Origin: a virus
Taxonomy: Duplodnaviria; Caudoviricetes
Virus record (IMG/VR): IMGVR_UViG_3300047565_000115
Coordinates: 1-54,945 of that record
DNA length: 54,945 nt
Strand: one strand, 5' to 3'
Shown here in pieces: positions 48,132-54,945 of this stretch. The translations under genes were made by a program, and so were the position numbers. The notes below the pieces were generated by a model, which was given only the letters and a program-made list of their open reading frames with translations, had not been told where the DNA came from and did no database searches. The first letter of the stretch is position 1, and each line of letters begins with the position of its first letter.

Positions 48132-48323
48132 ATGGAAAAACAAATAGGCAGTATTGAAATTGTAAAGTACTACTACGCAATGTTTCAAAGTCAACCAAAG
48201 ATAATTATCGAAATGGTTAAGCTATTAGACGAAGAAGGCAAATACATTAAGTTTGCCAAAATGAAAGACGTAGTAGATATTTTACATTTGTATCCAGTAA
48301 CATTTAAACAAAAAGAACAATGA
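48132..48323 (+). CDS. Hypothetical protein
   Basis: ORF in operon. Confidence 0.65.
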   Translation: MEKQIGSIEIVKYYYAMFQSQPKIIIEMVKLLDEEGKYIKFAKMKDVVDILHLYPVTFKQKEQ

Positions 48324-48551
48324 TACAAGTAACGAAATGTAAATGTGGTAAAATATTTGCAGCGTGTGCAGAACCCAATTGTTACACTGATGCAGAATAT
48401 CAAAGAGAAGTTAGAAAAGATATTAAAAGAGGGTGCACCGTAGAAATGGTTGCGAGTGGTACATGGTCTTTTGAGGAATGTACGTGTGAAAAGACTACTA
48501 CCCAAATAGACAAAAATCAATTATCTTTATTTTAAACAAAAAGAACAATGA
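48303..48551 (+). repeat. 21-bp exact direct repeat TTTAAACAAAAAGAACAATGA (48303-48323, 48531-48551)
   Basis: Both copies contain a start codon and bracket ORF 48320..48535. Confidence 0.85.
48320..48535 (+). CDS. Cys-rich protein ending in QLSLF
   Basis: CKCG..CTC; C-terminal beta-clamp motif. Confidence 0.7.
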   Translation: MIQVTKCKCGKIFAACAEPNCYTDAEYQREVRKDIKRGCTVEMVASGTWSFEECTCEKTTTQIDKNQLSLF

Positions 48552-48745
48552 CAAACGACAATCCAAGATACTCACTATTTGCTCATTTACACAAAGAGCA
48601 TAATTTAATACTACACGATAGCGAAATAGACGAGATAATAAATATTTCGACAAAAGCTCTTTTAGAGGGCATAATCTCCGAATGGCACGAAAGCAAGTTT
48701 CAAAAGGAGTTGATAGAAATAATTAGAGAACGATTAAATGAATAA
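48548..48745 (+). CDS. Hypothetical protein
   Basis: ORF in operon. Confidence 0.65.
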   Translation: MTNDNPRYSLFAHLHKEHNLILHDSEIDEIINISTKALLEGIISEWHESKFQKELIEIIRERLNE

Positions 48746-49082
48746 CAAAGTGAAAACAAAAGAAGAATTAAAAAGACTAAAAGACGAATGTAGAGACAAA
48801 GTTGTAACTATTCGTGAGCAAGTAAGAAGCAAATTAATCGAAAAGAACCTCGGCAAGACTAGAGAGCAAAGAGAATTTAATGAAATTGAATATTTAGATT
48901 CTATTGTCTCCTTATTAGATTATGGCTACACAGAAGAAAAACTCATAGAGTGGAGGTCACAACTTCAATCTAAAATCGACCTGATTAAATCAAGGAATCC
49001 AGAACCAAGTGAATTTGACACTGACGAAACCTTGAAAAAGAAAATACAAGAACACGAAAAAGCCACAACAAAGCTAAATTAG
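48738..49082 (+). CDS. Hypothetical coiled-coil protein
   Basis: ORF in operon. Confidence 0.65.
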   Translation: MNNKVKTKEELKRLKDECRDKVVTIREQVRSKLIEKNLGKTREQREFNEIEYLDSIVSLLDYGYTEEKLIEWRSQLQSKIDLIKSRNPEPSEFDTDETLKKKIQEHEKATTKLN

Positions 49083-49119
49083 TTTCTCAAATTAAAAACA
49101 TTGATTTTATCTTAAACTA

Positions 49120-49326
49120 ATGCACCCTTACCAAGCAATAAAACAAATAACACAAGGGAACTATCAATTAAGTAGTAGTTCTCCTTTGACCGAAGTTAAG
49201 TCATTGATTGTACTTATTTATCACTACAAGCCTACTAAGGAAGAAAGGGTATTTTTAAAAGATAGGGCAATAGAGCATTTGAAGAAATGGAAAGACGATT
49301 TAATTCTCGGTGGTTGTAAAAAGTAA
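49120..49326 (+). CDS. Hypothetical protein
   Basis: ORF in operon. Confidence 0.55.
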   Translation: MHPYQAIKQITQGNYQLSSSSPLTEVKSLIVLIYHYKPTKEERVFLKDRAIEHLKKWKDDLILGGCKK

Positions 49327-49347
49327 AAAAAATAATTAAAATAAATA

Positions 49348-49378
49348 TTGTTTATTAACTTTTTTAGTGTTACATTTG
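49348..49378 (+). promoter_or_regulatory. Bacteroidota promoter with TAAC-N9-GTTA repeat
   Basis: TTG 49348-49350, 20 nt, TACATTTG 49371-49378. Confidence 0.7.
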
Positions 49379-49514
49379 TATAATTAAACGATTAAATAAA
49401 TGAATAATATTAAAAGCCTCGTTTTAAGCCATACAACGCACGATAATCCACAAGACAATAAAACTATCATAAATTAATTTAAAACCTCTTAGAAACAATA
49501 AAACAACGCTTAAA

Positions 49515-49772
49515 ATGGAAGCAAAGAAAGCTCATAAGGTACAAAACACGAATGGAGTAAAGGGTAACAGGACTGTTCCGAAAGAGAATTTTGTTAACCG
49601 TCATAAGAAGTCAACTCCAAAAGGAGTGATTGACACAAGGATAGTAAAAGTTGAAATTAGATTGGTACACCCAAGAAGAAGTGTAATGGTAAAGACTATT
49701 GAAATGTATCAAATTGAAGCAGAGCGTAGCAAATGGGCTAAAGATGGGTGGGAACTTTTTATAAACAATTGA
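49515..49772 (+). CDS. Hypothetical basic protein
   Basis: ORF downstream of promoter. Confidence 0.6.
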   Translation: MEAKKAHKVQNTNGVKGNRTVPKENFVNRHKKSTPKGVIDTRIVKVEIRLVHPRRSVMVKTIEMYQIEAERSKWAKDGWELFINN

Positions 49773-49947
49773 CATGAGAATTATAAACGGAATTTCTCTT
49801 TTCGTTTGTGGTGGAATATTCATCGAACTTTCTAACCACGTAAACTATTCATTAGTTTCAGATTTATACTTAGTCATTGGTATTATATCAATGGCTTCAG
49901 GATGTACTCAAATATTTTTAAAACATAATAAAACAAAAAAGTAAAAC

Positions 49948-50259
49948 ATGGGAGCATTAGCAAACATTTATTTAAAAGAGGAGATTCTTGAAACTCTCCT
50001 AAAAACGGTAAGAACAAAAAAAGAAAAAGGTGTTTCTATCGCTATTTCTATTAACAATGAGACAAATGATTACGGTCAGAATGTATCGGGTTATGTTTCT
50101 CAAACAAAAGAACAAAGAGAATCAAAAGCTAAAAAGTTCTACGTTGGCAACGGTTCTGTTGTGTGGACTGATGGAGTTGTAAAAGTTGCTGATAAAGTAG
50201 ATTCTGCAAAGCCAAAAGCAACTGGCACTACTGATGATTTTCAAGATTTACCATTCTGA
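49948..50259 (+). CDS. Putative single-stranded DNA-binding protein
   Basis: NDYGQNV..SQTKEQRE..YVGNG and acidic DDFQDLPF tail; next to ERF. Confidence 0.7.
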   Translation: MGALANIYLKEEILETLLKTVRTKKEKGVSIAISINNETNDYGQNVSGYVSQTKEQRESKAKKFYVGNGSVVWTDGVVKVADKVDSAKPKATGTTDDFQDLPF

Positions 50260-50272
50260 TAGTCAATAAGTT

Positions 50273-50773
50273 ATGAAAAATATATTAAAAGCATTATCAG
50301 AGTTTCAGTCTGAGTGTCCAATTATTCATAAATCAACGCAAGGTTATGGATATACATTTGCAGACTTACCAACTATATTTCCAATAATTAACCCTTTGTT
50401 AAAAAAGAACGGTTTAGCTTATTCACAACCTATCGTTGGTAAATGCGTAAGAACTATTCTTTGTCATTTAGAAAGTGGTGAAATTATAGAAAGTGATACT
50501 GATATTCCGCAAGGAGTTGTATTAAAAGGAATGAATGAATTTCAAGTATTAGGTTCTGCTATAACATATATCCGCAGATATGCTTTAGGTTCTATGTTGG
50601 GTATTATTACAGATAAGGATACGGATGCCTCAGGAGAGCAAGCTAAAAAGAAGCCTACTATAACCGCAGAAAGGTTTGAGAAAGCCTTACTTGCTATTGG
50701 TGAAGGAAAAGCTACAAAAGAAGATTTAGAGAAGTTTGAACTAACGGCAGAACAAAGAGCAAGATTAACCTAA
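50273..50773 (+). CDS. erf: ERF-family ssDNA annealing protein
   Basis: GSAITYIRRYAL..DTDA signature. Confidence 0.9.
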   Translation: MKNILKALSEFQSECPIIHKSTQGYGYTFADLPTIFPIINPLLKKNGLAYSQPIVGKCVRTILCHLESGEIIESDTDIPQGVVLKGMNEFQVLGSAITYIRRYALGSMLGIITDKDTDASGEQAKKKPTITAERFEKALLAIGEGKATKEDLEKFELTAEQRARLT

Positions 50774-50813
50774 ACCAACGCCCGATTCTTAGGAGTCGGG
50801 CTAATTAAACAAA

Positions 50814-51125
50814 ATGAAATACATAGAAAGTTCAGAATGTTATGCTATCATATATGAAGCATTGATGACTTATGGAAATGAAAAACAACTTGATATGGTT
50901 GTGGAGGAATCAGTAGAACTTATAGTTTCTATCAATAAACTAAAAAGGAATGGAATTTTACGTGAAAAGAAAAACGTATTAACTGAAATAGCGGATGTTT
51001 ATGTAATGTTAGAACAATTAAAACTTATTGCAGACGTAAGCGAGGTTGAGTTAGAAAATGAAATATATTCTAAGGTTAATAGGTTGAAAGATAGATTACG
51101 TTCAATAAAAACATATACAAAATGA
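50814..51125 (+). CDS. MazG-like nucleotide pyrophosphohydrolase
   Basis: EESVELI..EIADVYVMLEQL. Confidence 0.8.
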   Translation: MKYIESSECYAIIYEALMTYGNEKQLDMVVEESVELIVSINKLKRNGILREKKNVLTEIADVYVMLEQLKLIADVSEVELENEIYSKVNRLKDRLRSIKTYTK

Positions 51126-51313
51126 AAACAGATATATTTAAAGACCTTGTGCCATTGTTAAAAATGGATACGCAAGAGTTATCAGAACTTGCCAAAGATA
51201 TTGTAAGGGAAAATCAAGATACAATGAATAAAATAGCTATTCAATTTTTGTTTGATAAAATTAATCAATTAGGTATCAAAGTTTTAAACGAATACAAAAA
51301 TGAAAATATTTAA
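51122..51313 (+). CDS. Hypothetical protein
   Basis: ATGA-coupled. Confidence 0.6.
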   Translation: MKTDIFKDLVPLLKMDTQELSELAKDIVRENQDTMNKIAIQFLFDKINQLGIKVLNEYKNENI

Positions 51314-52076
51314 AGCACATTGTAGTTCACTTGGTACAGTAATGCAATTAACCTCGCTTACCGACAACCAACTCCAAAAGATAGCAGAGTATTCTTTAAA
51401 AGATAAGTTAACAGAAAAGCAAAGTGAAGAATTAAAAACTCTTACTTATAGACGTGATAACCCTGAACTAATGGAAGGTGCAAAAACCTTGCTTCGTGAT
51501 TGGTACGCTTATCAGATAGGCTTAGATAAAGGTAAACAATTTCTAAAAGAAACACAGAAGGGGGTGGTTATGGAGGATACCACCATTGAACTTTTAGACG
51601 ATGTTATCTTTGGTAGTCAAGGATTAGTCAAGAACAATGAATTTTTTAATAACGACTTTATTCAAGGCACACCAGATGTTATTGGTGACGACTTTATTGT
51701 GGATGCTAAAAGCCCTTGGGATAGTAAGACGTTTTATAAGAAGTTAATCGAAAGTGTTGATAACGATTACATTTGGCAAATAAAGGGCTACTGTGTGCTT
51801 AAAAACAAGTCACGTGGCATATTGGGTTACGGCTTAGTAAATACGCCCACCTACGCTTGTTTAATGGCTTCATATCAAGGTAAACCATTCGAGCAGTTAG
51901 AGTTTGAATCTACCTATGAACATATCGAAGAAAGCCAAAGGGTTATTGGTTACGAGATACCAATATTAGAAAGTGACGAAGCAATGATTGAGCAATCAAT
52001 TTTAAAGTGTCGTGACTACTTAGTATGGTACGATAGTTTAGTAAAGTCAAAACTTGGAACAGTGAATAATTTTTAA
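51300..52076 (+). CDS. YqaJ/lambda-exonuclease-like PD-(D/E)xK nuclease
   Basis: KGVVME, GTPDV..DAKSPW, YIWQIKGY; near ERF. Confidence 0.8.
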   Translation: MKIFKAHCSSLGTVMQLTSLTDNQLQKIAEYSLKDKLTEKQSEELKTLTYRRDNPELMEGAKTLLRDWYAYQIGLDKGKQFLKETQKGVVMEDTTIELLDDVIFGSQGLVKNNEFFNNDFIQGTPDVIGDDFIVDAKSPWDSKTFYKKLIESVDNDYIWQIKGYCVLKNKSRGILGYGLVNTPTYACLMASYQGKPFEQLEFESTYEHIEESQRVIGYEIPILESDEAMIEQSILKCRDYLVWYDSLVKSKLGTVNNF

Positions 52077-52098
52077 ACAATTAAAGCAGAATTTTAAA

Positions 52099-52359
52099 AT
52101 GGCAATAACATTTACTAAAGGCGATATAATTGTTGAAGATATAAGTGTGGGAGATATTCACTATGAATTTGAATATGGATTTTGCATAAAAAGCAAAGTC
52201 ATTTCATTACCAAGTAGAGATAACGATGGGTATTGGACATGGAAAAGTGAAAACACAAATACAGGTAAGGAAATACAATATGGAGTACGTGAAGGAATGA
52301 GCCACTATGCACCTAATTTATATTCATATGAGGCATATTTAGGGTATAAATATATTTAA
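52099..52359 (+). CDS. Hypothetical protein
   Basis: ORF after TTTAAACAATT motif. Confidence 0.7.
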   Translation: MAITFTKGDIIVEDISVGDIHYEFEYGFCIKSKVISLPSRDNDGYWTWKSENTNTGKEIQYGVREGMSHYAPNLYSYEAYLGYKYI

Positions 52360-52416
52360 CTCAAAACACTTGCAAATTAACTTTAAAAATATTACTTTTA
52401 CACAAAAAAACAATAA

Positions 52417-52707
52417 ATGAATATAAAAGATAGGGCAGAACTTGATTTTGAAATCACCGCACCGTTGGTGTGGCTTGCTCCAAAAATAAACAAAGGGTAC
52501 GTTTGGCTCGTACACTTGAAGAACGGTAGTAAAAAACTTGCTTTAACGCAAAAGACAAGAAACGAGATAATCAAGTGGGAGGATATTTGGATTAGAATGT
52601 CGGAACAAGAAAAACAAGACATTAGAGGTATTTATTCTATGAAAAAGACTTATGGGAAGTTATCAAAAAAAGGGAAGTGGCAATTTTTAAAAGAAATTAA
52701 AGAGTAA
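52417..52707 (+). CDS. Hypothetical protein
   Basis: After degenerate promoter/operator at 52370-52400. Confidence 0.65.
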   Translation: MNIKDRAELDFEITAPLVWLAPKINKGYVWLVHLKNGSKKLALTQKTRNEIIKWEDIWIRMSEQEKQDIRGIYSMKKTYGKLSKKGKWQFLKEIKE

Positions 52708-53156
52708 TGGAATTAGAAATTAAACACTTAGCACCGTATTTGCCCTATAGAATAGATGCAGAAATGTTAGACTACAAGATTGACTATGTAGGAAAACAAT
52801 TTGACACAATTATTGGTGTAGAACAATGGAGTAAGAATGGCGTATATTGGTCTGCCATAACTGTTGGTGGTTCTAAGCCAAATATAAGGAGTGTTAAACC
52901 CATACTTAGACCATTATCTAGCCTAACTGAATTAATGGCGAATCAAGACGTTAGTTATGTTTCTTATTTGTGGAATGAAATTATCGCTACTGATGATGAC
53001 TCTTTTGATAAGGATGATTTTTATGAAAACTGCTGTCTTTGTTCAGTTAATTATTTACCAATAATTGTTATTGACAAGTTACTTGAATGGAAGTTTGATA
53101 TTTTCGACCTTATTACAAATAATTTGGCAATTGATATAAATACGATAAAGCTATGA
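52707..53156 (+). CDS. Hypothetical protein, paralog of 4423..4854
   Basis: LAPYLPY..KPILRPLSSLT..LLEWKFDIFDL. Confidence 0.75.
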   Translation: MELEIKHLAPYLPYRIDAEMLDYKIDYVGKQFDTIIGVEQWSKNGVYWSAITVGGSKPNIRSVKPILRPLSSLTELMANQDVSYVSYLWNEIIATDDDSFDKDDFYENCCLCSVNYLPIIVIDKLLEWKFDIFDLITNNLAIDINTIKL

Positions 53157-53380
53157 CACCCGAACAACTCCAAGAATTAAAAGAAAAAGCCGAACTATGG
53201 GATAATTTATCGCCAATTTTAAAAACAATTCATGGTAGTAAATTTTATAGACCCAATGGCACAAGCACAATAGAGAATATTAGTAATTCATCAAGCCACA
53301 TTGGGCTATTGGAGACAGAATTTAACGAAAGTCTTTGTAGTTGTCACATGGAGAAATGTCAATGCTTACATATTCAATAA
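53153..53380 (+). CDS. Hypothetical protein
   Basis: ATGA-coupled; ELKEKAELWD. Confidence 0.6.
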   Translation: MTPEQLQELKEKAELWDNLSPILKTIHGSKFYRPNGTSTIENISNSSSHIGLLETEFNESLCSCHMEKCQCLHIQ

Positions 53381-53614
53381 CCGATACTCTTTAAGTGAAT
53401 CATTAAAACTTCTATCATTATGTGCTTTTTCGTGACATGTTCTACATAAAGCAATAAGGTTAGTCGGGTGGTCTTGCAAGTGTTTTGTTTTTGAGCCAAA
53501 TTTTGAACGTGGCGTTAAGTGGTGTATTTCACAAGATAAGCCTCCACAAGATTCGCACAAAGGAGTATTAAAAGGTTTAAAGTATTCTAAATAATTTTTA
53601 ACGTGATTTTGCAT
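53366..53614 (-). CDS. HNH endonuclease
   Basis: CESCG..EIHHL..NLIALCRTCHEKAH; ATG at 53614 preferred. Confidence 0.85.
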   Translation of the reverse strand: MQNHVKNYLEYFKPFNTPLCESCGGLSCEIHHLTPRSKFGSKTKHLQDHPTNLIALCRTCHEKAHNDRSFNDSLKEYRLLNM

Positions 53615-53936
53615 GAGAGTAAATATTAAGCCTTTAAGTAATAATGAAAGTTGGACGGGTCGCAGGTTTAAATCACAAAAGTACAAGGTTTACGAAAAAC
53701 AATTGCTTTTAATTTTGCCTAAAATTATTATACCAGATGGTAAGTTGCAAATAAACTACATTGTGGGGTATAGTAATAAAATGAGTGACGTTGATAATTT
53801 CGTTAAAAATTTCCAAGATATTTTAAGTAAAAAATATGGTTTTAATGACAATATGGTTTATCGTTTAGAAGTTGACAAGGTAATCACAAAGAAAGGAGAA
53901 GAATTTATAGATTTTGAAATTAAACAATTAACATGA
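53613..53936 (+). CDS. rusA: RusA-like Holliday junction resolvase
   Basis: KPLSNN..SDVDNFVKNFQDIL..FNDNMV. Confidence 0.8.
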   Translation: MRVNIKPLSNNESWTGRRFKSQKYKVYEKQLLLILPKIIIPDGKLQINYIVGYSNKMSDVDNFVKNFQDILSKKYGFNDNMVYRLEVDKVITKKGEEFIDFEIKQLT

Positions 53937-54145
53937 CCCTAAACAAAATAACAACTCAATTAGAATCTATTGGCAGATTCTTAGAAAGAGAGTATCATAA
54001 CAAGCCTTTACCGTTAAAAGACAAGGAAATGGTACTAAAAGACTTCGGAGTGAGTGAGAAGGCATTTGATAAGGTGTTTTTGCACTTTTGTAGCTTGAAT
54101 CGTGGAACAAAAATTAAGGGTAGAAAAATTAAACAAGCAAAATGA
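53933..54145 (+). CDS. Hypothetical protein
   Basis: ATGA-coupled. Confidence 0.6.
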   Translation: MTLNKITTQLESIGRFLEREYHNKPLPLKDKEMVLKDFGVSEKAFDKVFLHFCSLNRGTKIKGRKIKQAK

Positions 54146-54390
54146 AAAAACTTATATTGTTATTTGCCTCATGTGCCTTTTTATCTTGTAGTGGAGACAT
54201 TGGATACAAAAATAAAAAACACGCTTATATTATATCAAAATCAGATGATAATAACTGGACAACATCGGCACAAGTTTATGCAGATAGTTTTTATTTTGTT
54301 GCACCTAATCATATTGAGTTTTATCTAAATGGTAAAAAGTCTAATTTAAGGGGTGAAATGATAAAAGTTTTTAGTACTGATATTTATTGA
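54142..54390 (+). CDS. Small lipoprotein
   Basis: MKKLILLFASCAFLSC lipobox. Confidence 0.65.
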   Translation: MKKLILLFASCAFLSCSGDIGYKNKKHAYIISKSDDNNWTTSAQVYADSFYFVAPNHIEFYLNGKKSNLRGEMIKVFSTDIY

Positions 54391-54707
54391 TGACAAAAGA
54401 AAATACAATAAAAGTTAAAATCATGGAAAGAAGAATATATTTAAAAATAGAGAAATTGCAAATATTTGGCATATTACTATCTATTGAGATTTGCAAAATA
54501 AATGAACTTGAATTAGTTCTTCGCGGATATACGGCTAATACAGAAAAGCCAAAGATTGTTATGGTAGCCCATTTACGATTTTGGCAATCTATTTTGCACC
54601 CACGAAGAATCTTTAAGTATGTAAAGCAAATAGTCAAGAAAGTAAAAGACTATGAAGAATTTACTAAAAGACAAATAATTAAAGACTTAATAAAAAGTGT
54701 TGAGTAA
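54387..54707 (+). CDS. Hypothetical protein
   Basis: Coupled ORF. Confidence 0.6.
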   Translation: MMTKENTIKVKIMERRIYLKIEKLQIFGILLSIEICKINELELVLRGYTANTEKPKIVMVAHLRFWQSILHPRRIFKYVKQIVKKVKDYEEFTKRQIIKDLIKSVE

Positions 54708-54945
54708 TGACCAAAGAAACTCCACTAACCCAAGAGCAAGAGAATGAGTTTACTTTGAACCGATTAGGTTATTACTGTAAGGTCAGAAGCGTTTGGAGTC
54801 AAACTAAAAAGAAGAATGACTTTAAGTTTGACATCATAAAATACGAGAACGATAAGGAAGTTTTAATACAAGCTGGCAGGAAACTTTTTTCGTGCGGTGA
54901 ACTTGAAGCAATAAAGCAAAGAGACAGTATAATAGAATATTATTT
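54707..54945 (+). CDS. Hypothetical protein running off the window end
   Basis: TAATG coupling; MTKETPLTQEQ.. open to the last base. Confidence 0.6.
   Translation, partial: MTKETPLTQEQENEFTLNRLGYYCKVRSVWSQTKKKNDFKFDIIKYENDKEVLIQAGRKLFSCGELEAIKQRDSIIEYY

Noticed and set aside
10890-48520. Numerous minus-strand ORFs in the track (e.g. 10890, 14092, 20377, 22241, 25648, 36466, 46172, 48191)
   Set aside because: They are antisense shadows of well-supported + strand genes and show no motifs; only 15767..16030 and the HNH gene were kept

Overview
AT-rich, almost entirely + strand window that reads as a complete or near-complete tailed dsDNA phage genome of a Bacteroidota host (Flavobacteriia/Cytophagia-like). 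Host evidence: many TTTG-N19/20-TAnnTTTG promoters, A-rich translation starts without Shine-Dalgarno motifs, and BT4734/VirE-N and DUF4373 genes. Layout: (1) 1-6657 small accessory ORFs plus a structured non-coding block at 327-877; (2) 7100-10640 AT-rich cassette-like gene array; (3) packaging: terS, a dif-like site, a RepL-like gene and terL with an intein; (4) siphovirus structural module resembling, from recall, Bacteroides phage B40-8/B124-14, with a -1 frameshifted tail chaperone, tape measure, 1676-aa fibre and a GH99-like hydrolase; (5) GH24 lysozyme and an expanded membrane/lysis cassette; (6) replication and recombination genes (initiator, primase-helicase, SSB, ERF, exonuclease, RusA, HNH). 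No integrase is visible. Best leads: a 28-bp XerC/XerD dif-like site in this integrase-less phage; an ncRNA cluster with a tRNA-shaped RNA carrying a 17-nt anticodon-loop insertion, two twin-hairpin+boxA-like units and a possible pseudoknot; a class 3 intein starting with Glu; a TAAC-N9-GTTA operator shared by 4-5 promoters; and an unannotated peptide/membrane-protein pair in the lysis cassette. All family calls are from motif recognition; no database search was run.
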